From Verrucomicrobiota bacterium (lineage in GTDB: Bacteria > Verrucomicrobiota > Verrucomicrobiia > Opitutales > Seribacteraceae), in NCBI GenBank assembly GCA_027622665.1, contig JAQBYT010000025.1, positions 1 to 55,717 of the forward strand: a stretch of 55,717 nucleotides of DNA, given 5' to 3'. Position numbers and translations under genes: made by a program. The notes beneath the pieces are model-generated. The model did no database searches, was not told the origin of the DNA, and saw only the letters and a program-made list of their open reading frames with translations. Positions 1-11,060 of this stretch are shown in pieces; the first letter of the stretch is position 1, and each line of letters opens with the position of its first letter.

Positions 1-473
1 CGACCGCGAACCATCCCGCATAACGCCCCCGCCACTCCATAGCGTAAAGGGGGACGCATCGCCCATGCATCCCGCATGACGGTTTCGCTGGATTTGCCGC
101 GCCAGGTTGTGGCTCGCAATGACAGCCTTGGGGGATAACGCCCGAAATGTCGAGAATAACCAACCACGCCCACCCCACTTCCCGCGTTGTCATTGCGAGG
201 AGCGCAGCGACGTGGCAATCCAGCGACCGCGAACCATCACGCCCCGGCATCCCGCATCCGCCCCCGCCACTCCACACCGTAAAGGGGAGACGCATCGCTT
301 GGGCATCCCGCATGACGGTTTCGCTAAATTGCCGCGCCACGTTGTGGCTCGCAATGACAGCCTTGGGGGACGCATCGCCACGGCATCCCACACCACGTCA
401 CCGACTGGATTGCCACGTCAGTTCTCTACGAGACCTTCCTCGCAAGGACAATGTTGGGGGATACGCCCGAAAT
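1..473. repeat. Cluster of REP/MITE-like palindromic elements (GTCATTGCGAG...CTCGCAATGAC type), about 2.5 tandem copies
   Basis: Perfect 12-bp terminal inverted repeat TGTCATTGCGAG (188-199) / CTCGCAATGACA (348-359). A second right end lies at 113-124 and a degenerate third at ~407-450. Bases 1-135 are an imperfect direct repeat of 224-370. The left arm translates as HCEERSDVAI, typical of this repeat family. Confidence 0.8.
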
Positions 474-575
474 ACCGGGACGAACAACCCCGCCAAAATC
501 GACTTTTGACCGACCGCTTCCCCCTTACCTGTCAGTGGGAGATTCCTCGCACCCAACGCCGTGGGATGCTAGTGA

Positions 576-1346
576 TCAAGGTTTGCTCTTCGGACCTTTT
601 TTAATCGTTTCCAGGCGAGCGGTAAAGCTTCCCACGGCAACCTTTCTGGCCATCTTTACGGGTATCCGCCGGGCATCCGCCGAATACCATATTCGGAGGA
701 CGCCTCGAGGGCTTTTCTTGAAGACTCCTCGGAGGTTCTTGAGTGATGGCGTTGCCTCGAATACTTCAAATTTGCCTGCTGCGACCCGAAGTTTTTCTTT
801 TTCCTGCACAGCTACCACCACGTCCTGAAGAACCCGACCGTCGCATGTGGGAAAGGATCGCTTTATGCCGGTTTTAATTTCTCCCAGTCGGAATAAGTAG
901 GCAATAGACAGGGGATCGAAGGACACAGGTCTGATCGGGATTTCCCGTTCGAGCTTTCCGTAATTCGAATAGAAAGCCAAGTTGCGATCGTAGTCGAAAC
1001 GCACGACCACATCGCGTTTGGTTTTGCCTTCTTGCTGTTTTTTTCGGTATAGCAATGATCGGCGAAAGCCTGGAGCTAGATAGCTTTCCGCTCGGGTGCG
1101 GACTTTGTAGAAGGCATCGGCGAATTCGTTGGTCTGGACGGAGAGAACGAACTTGTGGCAAAGAGTCCCATTCACTTCCTCGGATGGAGCAACTTCGAGG
1201 GTTGCTCTACCGACGGGGATAAGACCCCATTTGATTTTGTAATGCAGGCGCTCTCCGGGAAGGAAAGGTAATGGTGATTATTCTCCGAAACCCACACCAG
1301 AAGGTCCAAGAAACAGGAAAAGGAAACAGGAAAAACGAAACTTCAC
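576..1346 (-). pseudogene. DUF3108-family exported protein interrupted by an in-frame TAA at 1278-1280
   Basis: The frame of ORF 576..1175 continues upstream as LPFLPGERLHYKIKWGLIPVGRATLEV (DUF3108-like N-terminus), then TAA, then a signal peptide [21 protein letters not shown] from a GTG at 1346 that overlaps the glgP stop (GTGA). The C-terminus has the typical IWYSADARRIPVKM. Confidence 0.7.
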
Positions 1347-3832
1347 TGCTCGACGGGTATAGGTTCGAGACTCCAGATTTCTTTGGCATATTCTCGTATG
1401 GTTCGGTCAGAAGAGAATTTCCCCGAACGAGCCACGTTCCGTACAGCCATGGCACTCCATTGTTCAATATCAGCATAAACGGAATCGGCCTTTTCCTGAG
1501 CCTCGACGTAGGCACGGTAGTCGGCGAGAACAAAGTAAGGGTCTCCCCAATCGAGCAAGCTGTGGACGAGGTCCGTGAAGACCCCGCTTTCTCCTCCGGT
1601 AAAGGTATCGGAACTGAGCCAATCAACCACGGCTTTAAGTTCCTCGTCGGATTCGTAGACAGCGCGTGGATCGTAGCCGCCTTGACGAAGCTCTTCGATA
1701 CCTTCGACGGTCTTTCCGAAAATGAATATGTTTTCTTCGCCGACCTCGTCCCGGATTTCGACGTTGGCTCCGTCGAGCGTCCCAATGGTGAGGGCGCCGT
1801 TCAGGGCAAACTTCATGTTGCCTGTACCCGAGGCCTCCTTACCCGCAGTCGAGATTTGCTCGGAAAGATCCGTCGCAGGGATGATTCGCTCGGCTGTGGA
1901 AACCCCATAGTTGGGAATGAAGGCAACTTTGATCTTGTCGCGGATACGGGAATCATCGTTGATCCGACGTCCGACTAGGTTGATGGCTCGAATAATGAGC
2001 TTGGCGAGATGGTAACCGGGAGCCGCTTTGGCTCCGAATAGAAAGACCCGTGGGCGAACGTCGAGACCGGGATCGTTCAGCAGGCGACGATAAAGCGTGA
2101 GCACATGCAACAGGTTCAGGTGCTGGCGCTTGTATTCGTGTAGACGTTTTATTTGAGAATCGAAGATGGCGGCGGGATTCACCTTTAACCCAAGTTCAGC
2201 CGAAAGGTAATCGGCCAAAAGTTCCTTGTTGCATCGTTTCACCGCCCTGAACTTCTCTCTAAAGGCAGCGTCCTCCGAATAAGCATCGAGATCACGCAGG
2301 CGATCCAGATCGGTTACCCAGCCATCCCCAATGGCGGAGGTGATGAGATCGGACAAACCCGGATTGCAACCCAGCAACCAACGGCGGGGAGTAATCCCAT
2401 TGGTTTTGTTGTTGAATTTCAGAGGGTACAGTTCAGCAAATTCGTGGAGAAGGTTTTCCTTCAGCAGCTTCGTGTGCAACTCGGCCACGCCATTTACCGA
2501 GCGGCTACCCGCTACGGAAAGGTGAGCCATTTTTATGCATCCGTCCTTGACGATGCTCATGCTGGATTTTCGTCCTTCGTCGCCCGGCCACTTCGCCTCT
2601 ACCTCGTCGGCCAAGAAACGACGATTCACTTCCCGGACGAGCTCCAGGTGGCGCGGAAGGACCTTTCCGAAAAGATCTTCTCCCCAAGTCTCCAAGGCTT
2701 CGGGAAGCAGGGTATGATTGGTATAAGCGAAAGTACGACGGACAATGTCCCAAGCCGAGACCCAGACCAAATGCTCCTCATCCACCAAAATCCTCAATAG
2801 TTCCAGAATGGCAACCGACGGGTGAGTGTCGTTCAGCTGTATGACCGCCTTGTCGGGGAATTCCTCCCAGTTCATATCTTTCTTCCGAAAACGTCGAATC
2901 ATGTCCCGCAAGGAACAAGCTACGAAAAAATATTGCTGGACGAGTCGCAGTTCCTTGCCACTTTCAGTTGAGTCGTTCGGGTAAAGAACCTTGGATATGC
3001 TTTCTCCCAAGGCCTTCTCCCGTACTGCCTCGACGTATCCGCCTTGATTGAAGGTCTCCAAGTCGAATTCCTGCGATGCCTTAGACTCCCAAAGCCGTAG
3101 GAAATTGACGGTCTTGGCCCCATACCCGACAATGGCGACGTCGTACGGGACCCCCTCGATCGTCTTGGTTTCGACCCACTTTGGCGAGTAATTCCCGAAA
3201 CTATCGTAATCATGCGTCACACGGCCGTACAATCGCACGGTCTGTGCGTACTGGGGGCGTACGATTTCCCACGGATTGCCGAACTTCAGCCAGTCGTCGG
3301 GACTTTCCATTTGATGACCATCCCGAAAACTCTGACTGAACAGCCCGAACTGATAGTGTATACCGTATCCGATGGCAGGAAGTTCCAGCGTGGCCATCGA
3401 ATCCAAAAAACAAGCGGCCAAGCGGCCTAAACCGCCGTTGCCCAAACCCATATCGTGTTCTTCTTCGCAAAGTTCCTCGAGATCCTGATCCAGTTCCGAC
3501 AATGCTTGCCTGACAGGTTCGCGTAAACCGCAGTTGTGTAGGTTCACGTTCAACAAACGCCCCATGAGGTACTCTAGACTGAGATAATATACTCGTTTTG
3601 TCCCGGACTTACTGTGAACGGCTTGGGTCTCGATGAAACGATCGATCAATTGATCTCGAACCGCAAGAGAGGTTGCCATCCACAATTCTCGTCTTGTGGC
3701 ATTGGATAAATGGCGAGCCATCGTGATACGGAGGTGGCGCAGGATCGAGGTTTTCATTTCCTCGATCAAGTCATCGCCCACGGAAAGTCCGGTATCGACC
3801 CGAATGTCAGGTTCCTTTGTTTGCAAAGTCAT
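1343..3832 (-). CDS. glgP: Glycogen/starch phosphorylase (GT35)
   Basis: 829 aa with [41 protein letters not shown] and the PLP site [10 protein letters not shown]. Confidence 0.98.
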   Translation of the reverse strand: MTLQTKEPDIRVDTGLSVGDDLIEEMKTSILRHLRITMARHLSNATRRELWMATSLAVRDQLIDRFIETQAVHSKSGTKRVYYLSLEYLMGRLLNVNLHNCGLREPVRQALSELDQDLEELCEEEHDMGLGNGGLGRLAACFLDSMATLELPAIGYGIHYQFGLFSQSFRDGHQMESPDDWLKFGNPWEIVRPQYAQTVRLYGRVTHDYDSFGNYSPKWVETKTIEGVPYDVAIVGYGAKTVNFLRLWESKASQEFDLETFNQGGYVEAVREKALGESISKVLYPNDSTESGKELRLVQQYFFVACSLRDMIRRFRKKDMNWEEFPDKAVIQLNDTHPSVAILELLRILVDEEHLVWVSAWDIVRRTFAYTNHTLLPEALETWGEDLFGKVLPRHLELVREVNRRFLADEVEAKWPGDEGRKSSMSIVKDGCIKMAHLSVAGSRSVNGVAELHTKLLKENLLHEFAELYPLKFNNKTNGITPRRWLLGCNPGLSDLITSAIGDGWVTDLDRLRDLDAYSEDAAFREKFRAVKRCNKELLADYLSAELGLKVNPAAIFDSQIKRLHEYKRQHLNLLHVLTLYRRLLNDPGLDVRPRVFLFGAKAAPGYHLAKLIIRAINLVGRRINDDSRIRDKIKVAFIPNYGVSTAERIIPATDLSEQISTAGKEASGTGNMKFALNGALTIGTLDGANVEIRDEVGEENIFIFGKTVEGIEELRQGGYDPRAVYESDEELKAVVDWLSSDTFTGGESGVFTDLVHSLLDWGDPYFVLADYRAYVEAQEKADSVYADIEQWSAMAVRNVARSGKFSSDRTIREYAKEIWSLEPIPVEQ

Positions 3833-3968
3833 TGTCTTAATAAATGCTTAGAGAAAATGGAATCTAGGTTATTTCTAACCTCACAAAAGTGAAGTAGCAA
3901 GGCATGGGCCAAGCTTTATCGAACGGTGTCAGCAGTCGAAAGCTTGATCGGAAAAGGAACGTTAAACG

Positions 3969-5231
3969 TTACTCCGCTCTGAACTTGTGAACGATAACGT
4001 GCTTATAGGTTTCGCCGGGATTGAGCACACAGGACTTCCATCCCTTTTCGCCCTGATGATTCGGGCTATCCGGAAGCACTTGGGTTTCGAGGCATAACCC
4101 CGAACGATAGGGATAGGGCTTACCGCTCTTCCCAACAAGTGTGCCATCTAGGTAGTTGCCCGTGTAAAACTGAATGCCGGGTTGGTCGGTGTGAATTTCC
4201 ATTACACGCCCACTGCTTTGATCTTTCAAGGTTACTGCGTGGGCGAGATCGTTATCGTCACGACGAATAACCCAAGTGTGGTCGTAACCTTTGCCGAACT
4301 TCAATTGGTTGTGATCACCTTCCACGCGGGCACCAATCCTGTGGAAAGTACGAAAGTCCATGGGAGTCCCTACGACTGGGGTGATGGCGGTGGGAATGTT
4401 TGTGTCATCGGTCGCCACGAAATGATCGGACATTATGCTCAACTCGTGTTCGAGAATGGTTGGGGTACCCTCACCGGCCAAGTTGAAATAGGTATGGTTC
4501 GTGAGGTTGAGGACGGTTGGCTTGTCGGTGGTCGCCTTGTAGTCGATGCGCAACTCGTTGTCGTTGGTCAGGGTATAGGTTACCTTGCATACAAGTGCGC
4601 CTGGATAACCTTCCTCACCGTCTGGACTGGTCCGTGTGAAGGTAATGGCTATATCATGTTCGTCCACTTCGGCAGCCCATAGACGTTTGTCGAAACCTTT
4701 TACTCCACCGTGCAAGTGGTTTTTACCATTGTTTGCGGCGAGACTATATTTCTTGCCTTCGAGAGTGAAGTTGCCATCGGCGATGCGGTTTGCATATCGC
4801 CCCGTAATGCATCCGAAATACGGGCTCTTCTCTTGGTATTCGGCCAATGTCTTGAATCCCAAAGCGATGTCCCCGAACTTCCCATTGCGGTCGGGTGCGA
4901 GAATACTTACGATGGTTCCACCGTAATCGGAGACCTTGACCTTCATCCCGTTGGCATTGGCCAAGGTGTAAAGAAATACTTTCTGCCCATTGGGCATTTC
5001 GCCAAAAGATTGCTTGGAAACAGACATGGGAGGTAAATCTACTGAAGAATTCTTGTTCAAGCCAAGAGCCTTCTTGGTCGAACCATAGGCTTTTTTTGAT
5101 TTCTCGGAAATGTAGGAACCGGTTTTCTTGAAGCCGGACTTGGTTTTATCTCCGATTTCGGAAAGAGTGCAACCGGCGGCAAGGGCCGCTATGCAGGCGG
5201 TGAGGACAAGGGCTTGAGTCGACGTTTTCAT
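3969..5231 (-). CDS. galM: Aldose 1-epimerase (mutarotase), predicted lipoprotein
   Basis: GRYANRIA, HLHGG, NLTNHTYFNL, GYDH and GLCLETQ motifs. Start placed at ATG 5231 (MKTSTQALVLTACIAALAAGC, lipobox-like). Confidence 0.93.
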   Translation of the reverse strand: MKTSTQALVLTACIAALAAGCTLSEIGDKTKSGFKKTGSYISEKSKKAYGSTKKALGLNKNSSVDLPPMSVSKQSFGEMPNGQKVFLYTLANANGMKVKVSDYGGTIVSILAPDRNGKFGDIALGFKTLAEYQEKSPYFGCITGRYANRIADGNFTLEGKKYSLAANNGKNHLHGGVKGFDKRLWAAEVDEHDIAITFTRTSPDGEEGYPGALVCKVTYTLTNDNELRIDYKATTDKPTVLNLTNHTYFNLAGEGTPTILEHELSIMSDHFVATDDTNIPTAITPVVGTPMDFRTFHRIGARVEGDHNQLKFGKGYDHTWVIRRDDNDLAHAVTLKDQSSGRVMEIHTDQPGIQFYTGNYLDGTLVGKSGKPYPYRSGLCLETQVLPDSPNHQGEKGWKSCVLNPGETYKHVIVHKFRAE

Positions 5232-5363
5232 GGTTGAGTCCGTTAGGCGGTTTAACGTTGTTGGTTTGAAAGTTAAAAAAGTTTCCTTAACTTGTAAAAA
5301 GTATGGGTTGCGGGCAAGCACGGAACTGAAGGTTATCTTGAAACGGACGAAATACTTGTAGAG

Positions 5364-7190
5364 TCATAGACCGCGTCCAAAACGTTTTTTCCACTCTCTC
5401 CAAGGATGCTCGACGTAGGTGGGGCGGCCCTGCGGGCAGGTCAACGGGTTGCGGCACCGCAGCAGTTGTTCCGCCAAGCGAATCACTTCACCATCGGCAA
5501 AATCATCACCTGCTGCGCGTCCTCGAACCACGGCCAACCTGGCGATTTCCTCTTGAGCGACCGAACCTGCGGCCGATCCGCCGGCCCGACGTGCGAGATC
5601 CAGAAAATCGCGCAGGAAGGAAATAGACTCACCCGGTTCGATCCACGCGGGACAAGCCTCAACACGGTAAAAATTTCTGCCAAACTCCTCAATCGCAAAG
5701 CCTTGGTTGTTCAACTCAGGCAAAGCCGACTCCAAAATACCGGCCTCCACGCCGTCGAGCTCGATGGGTTCGGGAATCAACAGGATCTGGCTTTCGGCCG
5801 ACTTCCCCAACGCCAACGCATCCTCCACTTGTTCCAGTCGCACGCGCTCATACGCTGCCCGACAATGAAAGGCAACCACACCCGCATCCGTGGAAAACAA
5901 AACGAGGTCGCCCTGCACGCGTCCCAAGAAACGCCAAGCCACTCCTAGGTCGTCACGGAAGCCCACTCTCTTTCGAACCTCCTCCGCCCCAGGTTTCTTC
6001 TCGAGCGACGGACTAATGTCGGTTACCGGGAATTCACCGGAAGACGACACTTGTCCCATGGTAACCGAGGCACCTTCGGAATCGGGATTGCTCTCATCAA
6101 GCCGCGGCACCGGAAGGGCCGAGGGGTCCAAGCGTGGCAATACAAACTCTTTCTCACTGGGATTAAGCTCTGGAGCAATTCCTTGGATGCGGACATCGCC
6201 CGAAAGCTCCCGCAAACGATCCAGCACCGTACGAATGACGAATCCTCGCACTTTTCCCTCCTCGCGAAAACGCAGTTCACGTTTCGCCGGATGAACATTT
6301 ACGTCCACGGCGGCCGGATCGATTTCCAAAAGCAACGCCACTGGCGGATAGCGACCCTTTGGCACATAGGTATGATAAGCCTCAATCAGGGAATAGGCCA
6401 ATGTCTTGCTTTCCACAGGTCTACGATTCACGAAAAACAGCATCTCCTTACGGGTAGACCTTCCCTTCCCGGGCTTAGCCAGCAAGCCATGTAGACGATA
6501 GCCGTCTCTCTCCCTTTCCACGGGTTCCATATCCTCGGCCAGACCTCGGCCAAAGATTTCATGTACCCGGTCCTTCAAGTCGGAACAAGTCGGTGATCGG
6601 AAAATCGTGCGGCCTGCCTCGAGCAAGGTGAAGGATATTTCAGGATGGGCGAGAGCATACAGCCTCGTCAAGTGGCAGATGTGGGCGGACTCGGTGGCGT
6701 CCGTCTTGAGAAACTTTCGTCTCGCGGGAACGGAATTGAACAACTGAGCAACCTCGATCCGGGTGCCCTCGGGCATGCCGCAATCCTTGTTGTGGATCAT
6801 TTTTCCACCGTTTAGAAAGATCTCTCTCCCGGCTTCTTCACCTGCGGCTCGGGTGCGAAGCGTAAATCGGCTCACACTGGCAATTGAGGGCAGGGCCTCC
6901 CCACGAAAACCGAAGGAAGTAACGAGAAGCAGGTCGTCCGCTTCCCGAATTTTGCTGGTGGCATGACGTTCGAGGCAAAGCAGGGCTTCGTCCGGATTCA
7001 TGCCCTTTCCGTTATCTTCCACTCGCATGTAGGCCTTACCACCATTGCGATACTCCACCTCGACTTGCGTCGCCCCGGCATCAATGCTGTTTTCCACCAA
7101 TTCCTTGACCACCGCCGCAGGTCGCTCCACAACTTCGCCTGCCGCGATCTGGTTGGCTACCCGGTCGGGTAAAATACGTATAGAGGACAT
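5364..7190 (-). CDS. mutL: DNA mismatch repair protein MutL
   Basis: [50 protein letters not shown] and C-terminal CPQGRP. Confidence 0.97.
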   Translation of the reverse strand: MSSIRILPDRVANQIAAGEVVERPAAVVKELVENSIDAGATQVEVEYRNGGKAYMRVEDNGKGMNPDEALLCLERHATSKIREADDLLLVTSFGFRGEALPSIASVSRFTLRTRAAGEEAGREIFLNGGKMIHNKDCGMPEGTRIEVAQLFNSVPARRKFLKTDATESAHICHLTRLYALAHPEISFTLLEAGRTIFRSPTCSDLKDRVHEIFGRGLAEDMEPVERERDGYRLHGLLAKPGKGRSTRKEMLFFVNRRPVESKTLAYSLIEAYHTYVPKGRYPPVALLLEIDPAAVDVNVHPAKRELRFREEGKVRGFVIRTVLDRLRELSGDVRIQGIAPELNPSEKEFVLPRLDPSALPVPRLDESNPDSEGASVTMGQVSSSGEFPVTDISPSLEKKPGAEEVRKRVGFRDDLGVAWRFLGRVQGDLVLFSTDAGVVAFHCRAAYERVRLEQVEDALALGKSAESQILLIPEPIELDGVEAGILESALPELNNQGFAIEEFGRNFYRVEACPAWIEPGESISFLRDFLDLARRAGGSAAGSVAQEEIARLAVVRGRAAGDDFADGEVIRLAEQLLRCRNPLTCPQGRPTYVEHPWREWKKRFGRGL

Positions 7191-7301
7191 CGGAACCCAC
7201 TCGTAAGGGGAAGCGGCAAAGTCCTCAACGGGAAAATGTCGAAAGGCCTTTCAGGCTTGGGCAAAGAGCGGAACTCCAATATGAGTTCATTCCCTCAACT
7301 C

Positions 7302-9320
7302 ATGTCGAATCGTCTCGAAAAGGAATCAAGCCTCTACTTGCGTCAACACGCCGAAAACCCTGTAAACTGGTATCCGTGGGGAGAGGAAGCCTTTGCCGCT
7401 TCCCGCGAGCAGGACAAGCCGCTCCTTGTGTCCATCGGTTACTCCGCCTGCCACTGGTGTCACGTCATGGCCCACGAATCGTTCGAGGATTCATATGTAG
7501 CCGACATCATGAACAACCATTTCATTTGCGTGAAAGTTGATCGCGAGGAACGACCGGACATAGATCACGTTTACGTCGAGGCGGTTCAAATGTTCAACCA
7601 GTCGGCGGGTTGGCCGCTCAATATATTCTGCCTGCCCGACGGCAAACCCTTCTGGGGCGGCACTTATTTCCCTCCCGAGGACAAGGGGCAGGGAATCGTT
7701 CCGTGGCCGCAGCTTCTCATGCGCATTGCGGATCATTACAAACGCACGAAGGATGAAATGGTCGAGAACGCGGAAAACGTGGTGAAGAACCTCGTTCATG
7801 CCAACGACGCCCAATCTTCCGGCGGGGATGAATGGAATCACGGTCTCCTCCTCGAGGCAGCAAGGGTGTTGTGCGGTTCCCACGACGACGAGCATGGAGG
7901 CTTCACTCCCGCTCCAAAGTTTCCGTCCCCCATGAAGATGGATTTTCTTCTCGCCCTCCGTGAATCCCACGCTTGCTCGCAAACCTCTGGCTTGGGTGAG
8001 CGGATAGACGCTGTCGCGCACAAGACCCTTACCGCGATGGGCCGAGGTGGCCTCTTCGATCAAGTGGGTGGTGGTTTCGCACGCTACAGCGTCGATGCCG
8101 AGTGGAAGATCCCGCATTTCGAGAAAATGCTCTACGACAACGCTCTCCTGCTCGCCACCTATGCTCGGACCATGCGTCGCCAACCCGATCCGCTATTTGC
8201 AGCAGTAGTCGAGGAAACGGTGGCATGGTTGCGTCAAGACATGCTGTCTCCCGAGGGAGGCTTTTACTCCAGCCGCGACGCCGATAGCGAAGGCGAGGAG
8301 GGCAAGCACTATGCGTGGACGCCCAAGCAGGTTAAGGAAATCCTCGGCGAAGAGGACGGTGCGACTTTCTGCGAAGCTTACGACGTCACGACAGAAGGCA
8401 ACTTCGATAACGGCGCCTCCAACCCCGTGCTCACCGCCGACTTTGAGCAGCGGCAAGTACTCGCTCCCCTCCGCACAAAGCTCCTCGAGGCTCGCTCCGA
8501 ACGTCCCGCCCCTTCTCGCGATGAAAAGCAAGTCACAGCGTGGAACGCACTACTCATAAGAGGCTTGGCTGAGGCCGGATTCGCCTTCGGCCGGAAGGAA
8601 TGGCTTACCCTCGCCCGCGAAACGGCCGACTGGGCATGGGATAACCTGCGCCACGAGGACGGAACCCTACACGCCGTGCGCTACCCGGGCAAAAACGCGG
8701 CCGGCCCCGGATTCCTCGACGATTACGCCTTCCTCGCCGAGGCCATCCTCACTCTCGCCTCCTTCGTCGACTGGATCGAACCCGGAGCGTCCTCTACTTA
8801 TCAGGCCCGGGCCATCGAGCTGGCCGAGATCGCCCTCGCCCGCTTCCGCGATCCCAAGCTGCCCGGCTTTTTCTTTACCGCCGACGACCAAGAAGCCCCC
8901 GCCCAAGCCAGAAAGAAACTCTGGTACGACAACGCCCTGCCCTCCGGCAACTCCTCCCTCTTGCGGGTATTCGCCTCACTCCATCAGCTAACGGGAGAGC
9001 AGCGTTGGTTTCGAGAATTCTCGGAGGCTAGAGCCGCCTATCCCAATCTCGCTCGACGCGTCCCTCAAGGAATCGGGCACGCCCTCGCCGCTCTCGCCGA
9101 GCAGGCTATCGGCATCACAGTCATAAAGATTAAGGACTGTCCCGTTGAACCGCTTGTCGAGACCCTTCGTAAAAAACCCTACCGCCTCGTCCACCTTCGA
9201 GTCACGGAAGACGCCGAACAACCCACAGGCTACCAGCTCTGCGTGGGAACGGAATGCAAGCAACCTTCCGAGGATGTCTTGGAAATCACTCGCCTGCTAT
9301 ACGGCGAGGAAGAAGGGTAA
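7302..9320 (+). CDS. YyaL/DUF255 thioredoxin-domain protein (SPATA20-like)
   Basis: [53 protein letters not shown] and [11 protein letters not shown]. Start at 7302 is preferred; the ORF is open from 7236. Confidence 0.93.
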   Translation: MSNRLEKESSLYLRQHAENPVNWYPWGEEAFAASREQDKPLLVSIGYSACHWCHVMAHESFEDSYVADIMNNHFICVKVDREERPDIDHVYVEAVQMFNQSAGWPLNIFCLPDGKPFWGGTYFPPEDKGQGIVPWPQLLMRIADHYKRTKDEMVENAENVVKNLVHANDAQSSGGDEWNHGLLLEAARVLCGSHDDEHGGFTPAPKFPSPMKMDFLLALRESHACSQTSGLGERIDAVAHKTLTAMGRGGLFDQVGGGFARYSVDAEWKIPHFEKMLYDNALLLATYARTMRRQPDPLFAAVVEETVAWLRQDMLSPEGGFYSSRDADSEGEEGKHYAWTPKQVKEILGEEDGATFCEAYDVTTEGNFDNGASNPVLTADFEQRQVLAPLRTKLLEARSERPAPSRDEKQVTAWNALLIRGLAEAGFAFGRKEWLTLARETADWAWDNLRHEDGTLHAVRYPGKNAAGPGFLDDYAFLAEAILTLASFVDWIEPGASSTYQARAIELAEIALARFRDPKLPGFFFTADDQEAPAQARKKLWYDNALPSGNSSLLRVFASLHQLTGEQRWFREFSEARAAYPNLARRVPQGIGHALAALAEQAIGITVIKIKDCPVEPLVETLRKKPYRLVHLRVTEDAEQPTGYQLCVGTECKQPSEDVLEITRLLYGEEEG

Positions 9321-9326
9321 GGGAAA

Positions 9327-9605
9327 TTATGCCTTTTCCTGCATCTTCGCCAAAAGGCGGCTCTGCGTGCGACCGTCTTCCTTGACCACCTTGTCTGCGA
9401 CCTCCATGAGATCGTACGGTTGGTCGTGTAAGGAGCTGTGAGCCACGTTGATGGCCGCTCGAATCAACTTGGAGTCAGTCTTTATCCGTTGTCCGGTCTT
9501 GGAAATAATACGCTCGATCCCGTCCAGCAAAGACAGATCGTCCTCAGTAAGGGTAATGGTCCGCACGATACGCTTGGGTAATTTCGAGTCGTTTCCGTCT
9601 GCCAT
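9327..9605 (-). CDS. Small hypothetical protein, possible ribbon-helix-helix DNA-binding fold
   Basis: 92 aa filling the intergenic gap. Strand-helix-helix pattern: VRTITLT / EDDLSLLDGIERII / TDSKLIRAAINVA. Confidence 0.6.
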   Translation of the reverse strand: MADGNDSKLPKRIVRTITLTEDDLSLLDGIERIISKTGQRIKTDSKLIRAAINVAHSSLHDQPYDLMEVADKVVKEDGRTQSRLLAKMQEKA

Positions 9606-9725
9606 GTCTATTTAATTGGTGGAAAATACTATTTACCTCAAGTACTTCGAAAAGTCAACTGCGCGAACAAAGCAGAAAGGAAGGATTTGCCTTTGCCCCG
9701 TGAAAGCGCTTGAAAGGAAACTGTG

Positions 9726-10628
9726 ATGGAGGTGGTGGCTGCTAATTACGTGTTGGATTTCGCTGAGTTCGAAACGAACTTGTGGATGATTCTCTTTTAC
9801 ACGATCCCCGCTTCAATTGCGCTTTGGCAGGGAATGCAAGGGTGGAGACAGGGGCTCACCCGAAAAGTCGTAGCCCTGCTCTCCTTGGCTGCAGCCTTCG
9901 CCACCGCATGGTTCGGGGGGGAATATGTTCTCGGTATGCTTCCGGCTAACGAACCCTCCCACCCCTTCGCCCGTGATCTCGCTGGCTCCGCCATTGCTGG
10001 TATCGGCACTTACGTCGTGCTTCGTCTGCTCGCCGTAGCCCTTCTATTTCGAGGAAAAAGCGATATCGGGTTGCTTGATCGCCTGGGCGGTCTCGTAGTG
10101 GGCTTGGGCATAGCCGGCCTTTGGGTACTGGCATGGGGATTGTCGGTGCGCTATGTCTCCACGGTTCTGGAAACTAGTATTTACGCGGACATGCCCGAGG
10201 ACGGCTCACCCAAGGAAACCATGGAGAAACACGCTCCCGAGCAAAACCCCATCGTTCGAGCCTTTCTCTACTGGAACCAACGGTCGCGTGAAACCGGAAC
10301 CGACGAAAGGATCGAGCAAGCCGACCCCATCGCCCCGTCCTTTTACAAAAACAGCCGCAACCTCGTCCTACTTTCCCGCAGCCCGACCGCCATGGCCCGC
10401 CTCGCCGCCGATCCCAAGGTATCCGAGTTCTTAGACGATGATCCGTCCCTCCTGCAACTCGCCGCAGACAAGGAAATCGTAACCTTGATCGAAAAGCGAA
10501 GTTGGCTCGATCTCCTTCGACACCCCAAGGTCTATTCCACCTTACGAGACGAAGCCTTCCTCCAGCGCCTTCGAGAAAGCGGGCTGGATCGAGCGATGGC
10601 CCAAGCTGTCGAAGAGAATACCGGATAA
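9726..10628 (+). CDS. CvpA-family membrane protein with extended soluble C-terminus
   Basis: Four hydrophobic segments, GWRQGL near the N-terminus and LDRLGGLVVGL, characteristic of CvpA (colicin V production) proteins. Confidence 0.75.
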   Translation: MEVVAANYVLDFAEFETNLWMILFYTIPASIALWQGMQGWRQGLTRKVVALLSLAAAFATAWFGGEYVLGMLPANEPSHPFARDLAGSAIAGIGTYVVLRLLAVALLFRGKSDIGLLDRLGGLVVGLGIAGLWVLAWGLSVRYVSTVLETSIYADMPEDGSPKETMEKHAPEQNPIVRAFLYWNQRSRETGTDERIEQADPIAPSFYKNSRNLVLLSRSPTAMARLAADPKVSEFLDDDPSLLQLAADKEIVTLIEKRSWLDLLRHPKVYSTLRDEAFLQRLRESGLDRAMAQAVEENTG

Positions 10629-10633
10629 CCATC

Positions 10634-10966
10634 ATGAGCCAATACATCGCCATGAACCGCTTCAAGATCGTCAAGGGGCACGAGGCCGATTTCGAGGAAA
10701 TCTGGAAGACCCGCAACACCTACCTGGACGGATCACCCGGTTTCATCGAGTTCAATCTGCTCCGAGGACCCGAACGCGAGGATCATGTTCTCTACGCCTC
10801 CCACACCCTCTGGGAATCGGAATCGGCCTTCGAGGACTGGACCAACTCCGAAGCCTTTCGACAAGCCCATGCGGGAGCCGGCAAACGCGGTCACCTTTAT
10901 TTGGGCCATCCCGATTTCGAAGGTTTTGAAACCGTCGATGGCGCCTCGGTGGCGAAGGGCGGTTAA
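10634..10966 (+). CDS. ABM-family protein, IsdG/HmuQ-like heme-degrading monooxygenase
   Basis: 110 aa: YIAMNRFKI, FEEIW, PGFIEFNLLRG and WESESAFEDWTNSEAFRQAH retain the Asn/Trp/His set of IsdG-like enzymes. Confidence 0.85.
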   Translation: MSQYIAMNRFKIVKGHEADFEEIWKTRNTYLDGSPGFIEFNLLRGPEREDHVLYASHTLWESESAFEDWTNSEAFRQAHAGAGKRGHLYLGHPDFEGFETVDGASVAKGG

Positions 10967-11060
10967 AGGATACGGACAGAGCTTCTACTGGGTGTCCTAT
11001 GGTCACGCCCCACCCGAAAGGAAACAGGGCCACCCTCGCCAGCCCCGACTTTGCGAAGCG

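Noticed and set aside
1..473. Possible CRISPR array
   Set aside because: The units are over 200 bp and imperfect, there are no unique spacers, and no cas genes are present.
107..604. ORFs 107..604, 147..509 and 190..396
   Set aside because: They are translations of the palindromic repeat cluster and have no protein-family features.
1278..1280. Stop-codon recoding or alternative genetic code
   Set aside because: TAA terminates conserved genes here (galM, tal, nuoN) at their expected ends, and Sec/Pyl use TGA/TAG.
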